Positions 46,301 through 56,286 of a stretch of DNA of 64,000 nucleotides are shown here, piece after piece (the stretch's first letter is position 1; every line of letters starts with the position of its first letter). The notes below the pieces were generated by a model. It saw only the letters and a list, made by a program, of their open reading frames with translations. It was not told the origin of the DNA and ran no database searches. The position numbers and the translations under genes were made by a program. The stretch comes from an uncultured delta proteobacterium. Its GTDB lineage: Bacteria; Desulfobacterota; RBG-13-43-22. The stretch lies in the NCBI GenBank assembly GCA_963843145.1, contig CAWJJC010000008.1, positions 1 through 64,000 of the forward strand, in the 5' to 3' direction.

Positions 46301-46479
46301 CCCTGGCCCTGGGGGCCGGATCGGAGATGCGGGCCCCCATGGCCCGGGCTGTTATCGGCGGGCTCATTACTTCCACCTTCCTAACCCTCCTGGTGGTCCC
46401 GGTGGTCTATTCCCTTCTGGATGATTTCAGTCAGTGGTTCCGGCAGCGGCGGGAAAGAAAAAGGGAGATGACGGGATGA
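43378..46479 (+). CDS. RND efflux permease (AcrB/HAE1)
   Basis: GLLIDDAIVVREN, KNAILLVD, RLRPIMMT. Confidence 0.94.
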   Translation: MFLSNLSIKRPIFAAVMMLALVTLGIFSYRRLPIDMYPDVEIPVLSIVTKFPGASPETVEREVTKRIEEAVNPIPGVKHVISVSRESVSQVVVEFNLEVRINEASQEARAKVNTIRGDLPQAIEEPIIQKLDVSAIPAVSLAVRSEKMPPRELTTLVEKKVKRRFENLSGVGKVDLVGEAKREVNVLIDPIRLEALKMGVDEVVAGLQAENVNTPLGRLNRQASEFTLRIAGKPEEVEGFKTMVIGQRQGRPVTLGEVAEIRDGIEEQRSLALVNGIPAVSMNILKQSGANTVAVVERVKKEITRFQKELPPGTRIEVVRDASTFIRDSVNDVQETIVIGAILTVLIVFCFLNSWRSTVITGLTLPISVISSFIVMNFMGMTLNVMTLMALSLAIGLLIDDAIVVRENIVRHLEKGEDHFSAAREGTSEIGLAVLATTLSVVAVFVPVAYMKGIVGRFFFQFGITVAFAVLVSLFVSFTLDPMLSSRWYDPDIERQGKRNVIARGLDVFNHWFDRTADRYRLMIAWTLDHRQTAILITTLAFFGGLAIFVTLPNEFFPKFDAGEFQINMKTAPDASLEETRGRLAAVLTAFKKIPEIKHTYATIGAGDTGTVRDVGLYVKLKEKKERRRTQEEVQEAVRKALKDIPGILPSILEAGRMDARKPLLVSIRGDDLGLLKKYAAELKRKMYALPGIVDLEVTLEQDIPEYRLIVDRERAVDVGVNTGQIVRTLGALVGGQAVTTYEDEDGDAVNVRVRLPLALREDVSQIEQLELSVQKPGVGPLLVPLGNLVRYERRTTPSEIDRQDLSREVVISANLDKLALGTAVQRVKQAATDIKMAPGYRIIFAGESEQMEESFGYMAEALVLAIVFVYLILAAQFESFIDPLAIMLSLPLSLVGMAGMLLLTRDTVNMMSLIGLILLMGLVTKNAILLVDYTKVLRSRGLERREAIITAGRTRLRPIMMTTLAMIFGMLPLALALGAGSEMRAPMARAVIGGLITSTFLTLLVVPVVYSLLDDFSQWFRQRRERKREMTG

Positions 46480-47798
46480 AACCGAAAAAACTACGAAGCT
46501 TAATTATTTTTCTGCTCCTGGCCAGCGTCCTGGGAACCACGGCATCCGTGGCCTCAGACGGGGAAAGGGTCAAGGTTGTAACCCTGGAGCAGGCGCTTAA
46601 AATCACCCTGGAACAAAACAGGGACATCCAGAAGGCCCGGGAATACCGAAACCAGGTGGAAGGGAAATACCTGGAGGAACGGGCCGCCGCCCTCCCTCAG
46701 TTCCAGATCAAGGCCGGCATTTCCCGCGACCGGGATGAAAGCCAACTGGCCTATGGCCGCATTTTTCCGGTGGAACGGGAAACCCGCAATGCCGGCATCG
46801 GTTTTTCTCAACTGCTTTATTCCTTCGGGCAGGTGGAAGCGGCCATCCGGGCGGCCAAGATCGGCATCGCCACGGCCGACGATCAGCTCCGCCTCTACCA
46901 GCAGGCCGCCTTAAAAGATACTTCCGCGGCCTTTCACGATTGTCTGCTTTCCGATGAACTGGCGGCCATCGCTCAACAGAACCTGGACCAGAAGCGGCGT
47001 TTTTTGGATGAAGTCCGGAAAAAGCACCACCTGGGAGTGGCCACCGATTACGACGTCCTGGCCGGCAAGGTCAATATGGAAAATGCCGGCCCTCCGGTGA
47101 TTCGGGCCGAAAATCAGCGGGTAATTTCCCGGGAACGGCTCCGTCTTCTTTTGGGCTTGGAGGAAAAAGCGGTGGAGGTTCAAGGAACGCTGAAAGCCTC
47201 CATTGCTCCCTATCCGGATTTCGAGGCGGCAGTAAAAACGGCCCTGGACCACCGGCCGGAACTGGTTAACCTGAAACATCGCCTCGGGATCGCCGAGGAG
47301 CTGGTCACCATTACAAAGGCCGGGGTTTATCCCAAAATCGATCTCCGGGCCGGATATGGCTGGCAAGGCCTGGATATTTCCACTGCCCAGGCGGACGGGC
47401 CCACCTGGACGGCGGGCCTCTTCCTCACCTTCCCCTTTTTCGACGGACTTCGCACTCAGGGAAAAGTAATCCAGGCCAAAAGCGATGCGGCCACTCTAAA
47501 AATTGAGGAGGCCCAATTGCTGGATACCATCGTCTTGCAGACCCGGGAGGCGATTCAGGCGGTTCGGGAGGCGGGAGAGATTGTCAAAGCCTCGAGCGGT
47601 ACGGTGGAACAGGCTGAAAGACTCCTCCTGATGGCCGAAAAAGGGTACGAATACGGGGTCAAAACCCGCCTGGAAGTGGATGATGTCCAATTGAGCCTGG
47701 TGCAGGCCAAAGGCAACTTAGCCCGGGCCAAGCGGGATTACCTGGTGGCCCAGAGTACCCTCCAATGGGTCATGGGCACGCTCAGCATCCCGCAATAA
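46476..47798 (+). CDS. TolC family protein
   Basis: Signal peptide, YPKID, PFFDG; ATGA overlap with RND. Confidence 0.88.
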   Translation: MKPKKLRSLIIFLLLASVLGTTASVASDGERVKVVTLEQALKITLEQNRDIQKAREYRNQVEGKYLEERAAALPQFQIKAGISRDRDESQLAYGRIFPVERETRNAGIGFSQLLYSFGQVEAAIRAAKIGIATADDQLRLYQQAALKDTSAAFHDCLLSDELAAIAQQNLDQKRRFLDEVRKKHHLGVATDYDVLAGKVNMENAGPPVIRAENQRVISRERLRLLLGLEEKAVEVQGTLKASIAPYPDFEAAVKTALDHRPELVNLKHRLGIAEELVTITKAGVYPKIDLRAGYGWQGLDISTAQADGPTWTAGLFLTFPFFDGLRTQGKVIQAKSDAATLKIEEAQLLDTIVLQTREAIQAVREAGEIVKASSGTVEQAERLLLMAEKGYEYGVKTRLEVDDVQLSLVQAKGNLARAKRDYLVAQSTLQWVMGTLSIPQ

Positions 47799-47811
47799 AG
47801 GGATAGAAGAA

Positions 47812-49002
47812 ATGCCGAATCCCGCATCCTCGGATTGGCGCGCTTCCCTCCTTTCCCTTCTCTTCCTGGCCGCCATCTTTCTAATCAATTTCCTTTCCCG
47901 GATTATCTTCGGTCCTTTACTGGTGGTGATGGAACAGGACTTGGGTCTTGGCCACCAGGAGGCCGGAGGCCTGTTTTTGATCGTCACAACCGGGTACAGT
48001 CTAGCCCTCCTGGGCTCCGGATATCTGGCCCACCGTCTGTCGCACCGCCGGGTCATCGTCCTCTCCGCTCTGGGCATGGGGGGGGTGCTGTTTATCCTTT
48101 CCCTGCCTCAGCCCCTGTGGGCCATCCGGGCCGGCCTATTTCTGCTGGGGTTGACGGCCGGCATCTATCTACCCTCCGGGATGGCCACCTTGACTTCGAT
48201 CGTGAAACCCTTGCACTGGGGAAAGGCCGTGGCGGTCCATGAGCTGGCCCCGAACCTGGGTTTCGTTCTGGCTCCCTTTTTGGCTGAAGCCTTTCTGCGC
48301 TGGTCTTCCTGGCGGGGACTGCTGCTGGCCTTAAGCGGCTGCTCGCTGTTACTGGGATTGGCCTATGCCCGTTACGGCCGGGGAGGAACGTTTAAGGGGG
48401 AAGTGCCTACCTTCCAGGTCGTCTCCGTTTTGCTTCGAGATCCTTCTTTCTGGATCATGATGGTCATGTTCGGACTGGGGATTGGGACCAGTTTCGGAGT
48501 CTACACCATGCTGCCCCTGTACCTGATCAGCGAACGCGGTTTGGACCGCACCTGGGCCAACACCCTGATTGCCCTGTCGCGGGTCGCCGGGTTACTTATC
48601 GCCTTCGGCGCCGGATGGTTTGTGGATCGTGGGGGCGTAAGAAAATCATTGGCTATTTTTTTCGGGGCCACCGGGGTATTGACTATCCTGTTGGGAGCAC
48701 TGACCGGGCCCTGGCTGACGATCGTCGTCTTCTTGCAGCCCCTGGTGGCCGTCTGTTTTTTTCCGGCCGGTTTCACGGCCATCGGTCGCATCGGCCCGCC
48801 GAAACTCCGCAATGTGGCGGTGGGCTTTACCGTTCCCCTGGGTTTCATGTTCGGCGGCGGGCTCATCCCCACCGGCATCGGCTGGGCCGGGGAACAAGGC
48901 TCTTTTTCCGCCGGGATCATCGGGGTGGGAGTGGTCACTCTTCTTTGCCTGCCTTTGATCCGGCTGCTGAAATTGACCGCCGTGGCCGATCAAACATATT
49001 GA
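47812..49002 (+). CDS. MFS transporter
   Basis: About 12 TM segments, GYLAHRLSHR and GWFVDRGG motif-A loops. Confidence 0.88.
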   Translation: MPNPASSDWRASLLSLLFLAAIFLINFLSRIIFGPLLVVMEQDLGLGHQEAGGLFLIVTTGYSLALLGSGYLAHRLSHRRVIVLSALGMGGVLFILSLPQPLWAIRAGLFLLGLTAGIYLPSGMATLTSIVKPLHWGKAVAVHELAPNLGFVLAPFLAEAFLRWSSWRGLLLALSGCSLLLGLAYARYGRGGTFKGEVPTFQVVSVLLRDPSFWIMMVMFGLGIGTSFGVYTMLPLYLISERGLDRTWANTLIALSRVAGLLIAFGAGWFVDRGGVRKSLAIFFGATGVLTILLGALTGPWLTIVVFLQPLVAVCFFPAGFTAIGRIGPPKLRNVAVGFTVPLGFMFGGGLIPTGIGWAGEQGSFSAGIIGVGVVTLLCLPLIRLLKLTAVADQTY

Positions 49003-49265
49003 GCCGGGGGTTGGGTCTTGATCCGAATCAAGCGCTTCGACGCCTGGGTGACCATTGACGACAGACAACTGCCGGCGGCGCTTTTTCTGAAATGCTCAGT
49101 CCGTTGATCTCAGAGAATTTTCCAGCCCACCCCAAAATTATCGTCCCCTACCCACTGCACATTTCAACGAAAAGCCAAGTAATCCTATCGTGGTTGAGTG
49201 AATCAAACCGACCTTTAAAAAGGATGATATGGCAACGGGAAACCTAGAAAAACCTTGCAATGCGG

Positions 49266-49279
49266 TGACAAATATGTCA
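49266..49279. promoter_or_regulatory. Operator-like palindrome upstream of TA remnant
   Basis: TGACA-AATA-TGTCA. Confidence 0.5.
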
Positions 49280-49290
49280 ACATACAACCA

Positions 49291-49635
49291 ATGAAAACCA
49301 CGCGGCCTATCTCCTGGAACGACGATTTTGAACTCATTCGAGGCAGCGGCAATGTCTTTCGGGACTTTGGCCACCGAAACGCCATTGTTGAACGAGCGCG
49401 CGCCATTCTTGCCGCCGAAATCATCCGCACGCTTGACGTGCGCGGGCTATCGACCCGCGAAGCTGAAAAATTAACAGGCGTGTCCCATTCCGAATTTTCT
49501 CGCATTCGTAACGCGCGGCTTGAACGCTTCACGCTTGACCGGATGATTATGATTCTTGGAAAACTCGACGAGGATGTTGAAGTGAATGTTACCTTTCGGA
49601 ACCGTCATGCTTTGCAAGACGGATTACACGCCTGA
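49291..49635 (+). CDS. XRE/HTH antitoxin, apparently fused to first codons of a deleted toxin
   Basis: GSGNVFRDFG, FTLDRM; leader MKTTRPISW resembles RelE/Gp49 toxin N-termini. Confidence 0.75.
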   Translation: MKTTRPISWNDDFELIRGSGNVFRDFGHRNAIVERARAILAAEIIRTLDVRGLSTREAEKLTGVSHSEFSRIRNARLERFTLDRMIMILGKLDEDVEVNVTFRNRHALQDGLHA

Positions 49636-49636
49636 A

Positions 49637-49848
49637 AGGTCTGGCTTGCCATCCGTAATTATGGCCAACTTGCCGGTCTTCCGCTGCCCGCCCACCCTCA
49701 TATGTTGCGCCACGCTTGCGGCTTTGCCCTGGCCGACCAAGGGGCAGACACGCGGGTGATTCAGGACTATCTTGGACACAGGAACATTCAGCATACTGTA
49801 GTTTACACGGCGGCCAATCCCACGCGATTTGAAAGGCTTTGGCGCTAG
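49637..49848 (+). pseudogene. C-terminal fragment of FimB/FimE-like tyrosine recombinase
   Basis: HPHMLRHACGFALADQGADTRVIQDYLGHRNIQHTVVYTAANP, no start. Confidence 0.85.
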
Positions 49849-49849
49849 T

Positions 49850-50132
49850 TCCGCTGATATCGTCACCGAGTTTTTGTTGCCGTCGTTCAAGGAGGAAGAC
49901 AATGGCTAATCCTATCTGTCCAAAGACAGGGGCACCGATGCACCGCGACGTGCGTCCGATGACGCTCGCCTATAAGGGCGAGAACCTTACTTTCGATATG
50001 CCCGGCTGGTATTGCGACCATTCGAAGGAAAGCATTCATACCGGTGAAGATATGAAGGTATCCGACCGGATGTTGAACTGGCTTAAAGCCCACAGCGAAG
50101 GGCTGGCGAGAGAGGCAATAATTTCTTCCTGA
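49850..50132 (+). pseudogene. mqsR C-terminal stub and truncated mqsA-like antitoxin
   Basis: ADIVTEFLLPSFKE (49850-49909); MANPICP..MPGWYC..DMKVSDR from 49902, HTH missing. Confidence 0.7.
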
Positions 50133-50469
50133 ACTGTTGTTTTAGAATTTTGGGCCGCAATGCCAGATTTCGAATGAAAATCAGCAAGATTATCTGGGTT
50201 AAAGGGGAAATTTTCGAAGAAAACTTCCATCTTGACTACCCATTCACTTAGGAGTATTTTTTACATATTTAACCACCCAGATCTTAATAAGGTTCAAATT
50301 TTCTCTGCAATCCGGAAAGGATAGATAGCATGAAGAATCATCCTATTTCTGTATATTCTGCTATAATGAGTTACGAGGAATCCGAGGTGGTTTGTAGACC
50401 ACGGGTCGTCACTCCAAAGACAAATGGTTATCGTTTACATCTTCAGAATCCTTTGAGGTGGGGAACTAT

Positions 50470-50498
50470 ACAGAAACTTTAGACTAAATTGTTGGCCC
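50470..50498 (+). other. Integron cassette 5' boundary (core GTTGGCC), possible attI remnant
   Basis: GTTGGCCC at 50491 is the exact complement of GGGCCAAC at 51335; no attC upstream. Confidence 0.55.
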
Positions 50499-50506
50499 GG
50501 AGACTG

Positions 50507-51352
50507 ATGAAACTTGATCCCACATCACCCGACTACGTGAAGGTCAAGCGTGGCCAAACTGGCGAATGCAACATCTGCCTGACCAATGACGATCTCAAGT
50601 GGGATCATGTTCCACCTCAGGGCGGAGTCGATGTTGCACCATTGGACCAGTACACAATTCTCGAACGCCTTGCCGGGCGCTCTCTCAAGCCCAATCGTGC
50701 GCTCACGCAGAACGGAGTGAAGTACAGGACGCTTTGCGAGCGGTGCAATAGCCGTCTTCTCGGCGGCGGGTATGACAAAGCGCTGAACGAGTTCGCCTTG
50801 ACCGTCGGACGCTTCCTCAACACTACGCTGCACCTTCCTTCACAGGTGTCCGTCGCCACGAAGCCAGCCCGCCTGTTGCGGTCGCTCTTTGGGCATCTGC
50901 TCGCGGCCAAAGCCGAACTGGAGCATAGTAAGCCAGACGAGGCGATGCGGCAGTACGTTCTTGATCCCGCGGCGCGAGTCCCGCCAGACTTGAACGTGTT
51001 CTACTTCGTGTACCCCTATCCGGATCTCGTCGTAGTTCGTGACGTGGTCATGCCAGCGCGCCGGGGGCGATTTGACAGCATGGGCATCTTCAGCATTCTC
51101 AAGTACTTCCCGATCGCGTATATCGTGACAAACGTCAAGGAGTACGAAGGACTTCAATCGCTTTCCTTCCAGGGTCCCCAGAACCTGGACCAAGTCGTGG
51201 ACATCCCGATCTCGCTGGAAAGCCTACGAGCACGCGATTGGCCGGAAGTAGTAGACGATGGGAACTTCGTGGCCGGAGGGGGCTCGACAGGGCAGAGCTC
51301 TGTGACGGCAATCCCGAAGGGAGCGAAACTGAGAGGGCCAACAAAGACCTGA
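50507..51352 (+). CDS. HNH-like zinc-binding endonuclease (cassette 1)
   Basis: CNIC..WDHVPP..TLCERCN; stop codon inside attC. Confidence 0.65.
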   Translation: MKLDPTSPDYVKVKRGQTGECNICLTNDDLKWDHVPPQGGVDVAPLDQYTILERLAGRSLKPNRALTQNGVKYRTLCERCNSRLLGGGYDKALNEFALTVGRFLNTTLHLPSQVSVATKPARLLRSLFGHLLAAKAELEHSKPDEAMRQYVLDPAARVPPDLNVFYFVYPYPDLVVVRDVVMPARRGRFDSMGIFSILKYFPIAYIVTNVKEYEGLQSLSFQGPQNLDQVVDIPISLESLRARDWPEVVDDGNFVAGGGSTGQSSVTAIPKGAKLRGPTKT

Positions 51353-51416
51353 ACTCGACAAGTGAAAGGCCGCGCTTCGCTTGCATTCCACTTGCGCGTT
51401 AGGTCAGGCGATGGCG
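51336..51416 (+). mobile_element. Integron attC site with degenerate R' (GAT for GTT)
   Basis: R'' GGCCAAC, L'' ACCTGAAC pairs with L' GTTAGGT leaving an extra G, inner CAAGTG/CACTTG, R' GATGGCG. Confidence 0.75.
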
Positions 51417-51481
51417 CGCTCCTCATCCTGGTCGATGCGTCATGCAACCTATAATCTGTGAGCAAATCGAGGGACCAAGGC

Positions 51482-52210
51482 ATGGACAAAGCACTCGAAA
51501 GGCTTGACCACATCTTATCAGTTCAAGACATTATGACGCCAGTACAGGCGTTGGAAAGAGCAGACTCCTTTGAAGATGCAACCCGCCTCTTCAAAGAATA
51601 TGATGTGGTGCCACACCCGAAGACGGGAAGAATTGAGGGTTTTTTCAGACGCAAGACTGACGAGTTGATCAATCTGAAACCAGACCACCTTATCAGTAAC
51701 GCAACAAGCCTACTCGATATGCCGCAACTTCTCGATCAGGCCTCTTTCCGCTTTGTTATCTCTGCCGACAAAATCGCTGGGTATGTTCATTACTCCGATT
51801 TGAATAAGCCAGCAATGAAGATACCCCTATTTCTCCTCTTTCAGGCGATGGAGAAAAGTTTCTGGGACAGAATCAAAGACCAGATCACGGAAGATGTCGT
51901 GCGCAAGGTGTTTCAAAATCAAAATAACGCACAGCGTTGCATCAAGAAACGAGATACGGCCAGAAAGAGCAATGTTGACGTTGGCTGGACGGGCGTCTTC
52001 AGCCTACCAAGCATCCTAAAGCTGGCGCGGCACTTTCAAGCAACAGATCTATCAGACAAGGAAATAGAAGAGCTGGGATGGACCCGAAATAATGTCGCGC
52101 ACTCAGACAAGAATCTTGTAAACAGCCATAGTGAGGCAGCCCGATTAGTGGGTGCGATCAAGCTCTGTCAATTAATTCTTGAGTCAATCCCAAAGTTAGT
52201 TGAAATTTAG
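51482..52210 (+). CDS. CBS-pair + HEPN-like protein (cassette 2), 3' end runs into an IS end
   Basis: VQDIMTP..GYVHYSDLNK (CBS-like); RNNVAH = Rx4H. Confidence 0.65.
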   Translation: MDKALERLDHILSVQDIMTPVQALERADSFEDATRLFKEYDVVPHPKTGRIEGFFRRKTDELINLKPDHLISNATSLLDMPQLLDQASFRFVISADKIAGYVHYSDLNKPAMKIPLFLLFQAMEKSFWDRIKDQITEDVVRKVFQNQNNAQRCIKKRDTARKSNVDVGWTGVFSLPSILKLARHFQATDLSDKEIEELGWTRNNVAHSDKNLVNSHSEAARLVGAIKLCQLILESIPKLVEI

Positions 52211-52224
52211 AAAGTGGCAAAATT
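52181..52224. repeat. Solo IS256-type terminal repeat
   Basis: GTCAATCCCAAAGTTAGTTGAAATTyAGAAAGTGGCmAAATT, near-identical to 56289-56330. Confidence 0.7.
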
Positions 52225-52306
52225 ATTGTGTCCTTCCGATAAGCCTGCGTGAAAATTTTTGGCGGCGGTGGTACCGTTGGTTATCAAAAGAGAAAGGGGA
52301 TAACCG

Positions 52307-52543
52307 ATGGATCAGCGATTCGCAGGTAGTGAGAGACCCAGTCTTGAAAAGGTTCGTCAGCGATTTGAGCAATGGCGTGGGCGCAGGAGGCGTGGCACGC
52401 CCCTACCGGACAGTTTGTGGGAAAGTGCGGTGAGTCTTTGCGCCGATCATTCCATTAGCACGATTTCCCGATCCTTGCGGCTGGGTTATAATGGCTTGAG
52501 GCGCCGCGTTTCTCAAGCGAGAGATTGGGTATTTTGTTCATAG
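52307..52543 (+). pseudogene. IS66-like accessory HTH (TnpA-like) fragment
   Basis: LEKVRQRFEQWR..PDSLWESAV..SRSLRLGY; no tnpB/tnpC follow. Confidence 0.6.
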
Positions 52544-52553
52544 GGAGGGAATA

Positions 52554-55500
52554 ATGAATAAGCGGCTTCTATTTTTCTTCCTTTCGTTACTTCTGGCTTA
52601 TGGATCACCTTCTTTTGCCGGGACCATTCAGCTTCCAAAAACTGGCCAGACCAAATGCTATAACTCAACAGGGACTGAAATTCCATGTGCCGGAACTGGA
52701 CAAGATGGAGAGATCAGAGCCGGGATCGCATGGCCTGATCCCCGGTTTACAGTTAATGGCGACTGCGTTACCGACAACCTAACCGGGTTGATGTGGTCAA
52801 AGGATGGAAACATTCCCAACGAGTACAGAAACTGGCAGCAGGCCCTGGATTATGTGGCTTCAATCAACAGTGGGGCAGGCTTGTGTGGTTATTCAGACTG
52901 GCACTTACCCAATATCAATGAATTGGCAAGTCTTGTTAATCTTGGAGTTCCTAACGTGTCCACGTGGTTAAGCGCCCAAGGCTTCAATAATATCGGAACC
53001 AATACCATGTATTGGTCTTCTACGACAGATGCAAGTGATGATAGTAGAGCTTGGCGTGTAATTATGGTGGACTGGAGAGATGTGGCCCGGTGACAAGGTG
53101 GAAGGTTGCTACCTTTGGCCCGTTCGTATAGCTTCATCACCCACGATCCCTAAGACTGGCCAAACAATTAGTTATGCTCCGAACGATGATGGGGATTTGA
53201 AAATTGGAGTCGAATGGCCTAACCCAAGGTTAACGGATATTGGAAATGGAACGGTATTAGACAACCTTACTAATCTAACCTGGACACAAACGCCAATTTT
53301 ATCGGAAGGGCAAATGACTTGGCCAGAGGCCCTTCAGTATGTGGCTAAGATGAACGGTGGAATAAAGCCAAATTATGGTAAAACTGACTGGCGGCTCCCA
53401 AATCCTAATGAAATGAAAAGCCTGACTGATTACTCCAGTTTAATCCAGCACTTCCCGCAGGACATCCTTTTCTTCCGACATCGATGTCAGACGAGACCTT
53501 CTGGTTATCGTCCACTCACAGTGCCTCGACTACACAAGCATGGGGGGAGTATATTTCTCTTGGTTGGTTGGATACCCCGTCAAAAACTACCTCATTACAA
53601 TTTCCTCTGGCCGGTACGGGGTGGGACATTGGATCATTTTGAATTTTCAATCATTCCCTCTCCTCAATCCGTCGGCGTCCCCTTTTCCATTACCATAACA
53701 ATCAAGGATACCAATGGAAATACGGTGCCGGATTTCAATGGTCCGGTGACCTTAAGTGCAACTATTGGTAACGTCACCCCGACCACAATCAATTTGGTCT
53801 CTGGAGTAAGCAATGAAAACGTTTCCCTCGACGCCGTAGGGAATGGCACCAAGATCATAGCCAGCAGTAATGGCAAGCAGGGTGAGAGCAATGCTTTCAT
53901 TGTGGCAGGATTTCCCAGCATTACTACGGGCTCAGCCACGGATGTGACCACCAATTCAGCCACTTTGAACGGGACGGTGAATGCCAATAACGCAAGCACC
54001 ACGGTGACCTTGCAATACGGCCTGAACACATCCTACGGGACCACGGTGGCCGCGGACCAGAGCCCGGTAACGGGGAACAGCAATACCGCGGTAAGCAAGG
54101 GAATATCCGGGTTGTCTCCGAATACGATTTATCACTACCGGTTAGTAGGCATGAACTCGTCCGGGACTACGAATGGCAGCGACCTGACGTTTACAACTCA
54201 GAAGACTCCTTCAGCCACGACCAATGAGGCCAGCGGGGTAACAACCTCGGGGGCCACCTTGAACGGGATAGTTAACCCGAACGGAACCTCTACGAACTAT
54301 TATTTCCAGTGGGGGACGACTATTTCTTATGGAAACAACACTTCTACTCATTTGGCTGGCAACGGTACGAGTGATGTGAATGTTTCCGCTCCTATCACCA
54401 GCCTCACTCCCGGCACCACTTACCATTACCGGATTGTTGCCACCAGTATCGCTGGGACCATCATCGGGGGGGATCAGGCTTTTAATACGTTGGCTGTTGA
54501 TACCACCCCCAATGCTTTCACCTTCACGGACCAAACGGGCGTGGCCTTGAACCTAATCATTTCCAATGCGATATCCGTTGATGCGATCAACACCGCTTCC
54601 CCCATTACCATCAACGGGGGTACATATAGTGTATCAACTGACGGAGGATCAAACTGGTCCACATGTTCGGCGACAACACCATCTACGGTAAGTCTGAACG
54701 ACCGGGTCAAGGTATGCCTATCCTCGTCCTCCAGTTTCAGCACCGTTACAAATTCAATGTTGACCATCGGTACGATTAGCGATACCTTCAGCGTGACGAC
54801 GTGGATGACACCATCCCCAATGCCTTCAGCTTCACGGGCCAGACCGGGGTTCTGTTGAATAATTTGAGGGAATCTAACCCGATAACAGTTGCTGGCATCA
54901 CCGGGCCTACGCCGATTTCCATCACCGGGGGTGAGTATAAGATCGGAACGGGGACCTACACGTCTGCCTCCGGGACGGTCAACAATGGAGATACGGTCAC
55001 GGTTCGGCAGACCTCCTCTAATTCGGTAGCCACACGGACTGATGTTACTCTTAATATTGGCGGAGTTGTGGGTACATTTAGCGTGACTACTGGGAACACT
55101 TCATCTCTGTTTCTCCCTGTTATCCTAAATGCCTATGAGAATTACAATCCGCCTCCCCCTGTACCATCCACCGATTTCCGTTTACCTAAAACGGGGCAAA
55201 CAACTTTTTTCTATCCAGGAGATGATGGAGATCTACAGAAAGGAGTTGCCTGGCCCAATCCAAGATTTCAGGTAGACGGGGATTGCATACTGGATAAGTT
55301 AACCGGGTTAACCTGGGCAAAAACACCCTCAACAACAATGGATTGGTTCCAAGCGTTAACCTATGCAAATGGGTCATCCTTTTGCGGTAAAAGTGGCTGG
55401 CGTTTACCAAATGTTCTCGAATTGGAAAGTTTAATTCAAGTGGTCAAGCTGATACCAGGTTCTTGGTTGAATTCCCAAGGTTTTAATTTGGGGTATGTAC

Positions 55501-56214
55501 ATGGACTCTAATTTTGGACTTCAACAACCGATAGCGCTAACACAGGTGAAGCTTACTGTGTAAATCTCCATGATGGAGATATTTCTACAATAGCGAAATC
55601 ACTTCTCTGCTTATTACGTAAATCTGTTCTCGCAGTTCAAGGCGGCCAAAAGTTTTCTATTGATTCTAATTATCCAGCCAATATTCGGCAAACCGGTCAG
55701 ACCCTCAGTTTTGCCCCAGGTGATGATGGTGATTTGAAGAGGGGAGTTTCCTTGCCGTCTCCCAGGTTCCAAGATAATAACGACGGAACTGTAACTGATA
55801 AATTGACAATGTTGGTCTGGTTAAAAGATGCCAGTTGTATTGAATCACAATATCCATCTTATGGGGATTATTGGGAGATGTGAATTGGCAGAAATCGCTT
55901 GATTTTATAAAAGGGATCAATGATGGCACCTATTCAAAATGTGGGGCTAATTATAATGACTGGAGGCTGCCGAACCGAGATGGAACTGTTAAGCTTGTAT
56001 GATTTCTCGAAATACTGACCCATCGCTTCCATCGGGACATCCTTTTATTAATGTGGAAAAGAAAACTATTGGACTTCGACAACTCTTATAGATTCTACGA
56101 ATAACGCATGGATAAATTGATAGTAACAATAATTTGAAATTCCAATCTGGAATGAATCCGTTTTAAAAGACAAATTCCTTTAATGTTTGGCCTGTCCGTG
56201 GGCCGAATCCTTAA
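52554..56214 (+). CDS. Large secreted protein: 2x Lcl (DUF1566) - Ig - 2x FN3 - 2x DTxP repeat - 2x Lcl; many frameshifts
   Basis: Four TGQT..DG..G..P.PR..D.LT.L.W..W.LPN units, WPVR ends; ATLNG FN3 repeats; stop after VWPVRGPNP. Confidence 0.78.
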
Positions 56215-56286
56215 TCTATTCTGAAACGGTCACAGTCGGCGGGATCGACACTTCTATCCCCATTTCCATTACTGGAGGGGGTACGC

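Noticed and set aside
49637-49848. Tyrosine recombinase fragment as the integron integrase
   Set aside because: Motifs are FimB/FimE-like, not IntI, and only the C-terminus remains
53091-53093. TGA in the Lcl gene as selenocysteine
   Set aside because: Homology continues in a different frame; not a Cys position
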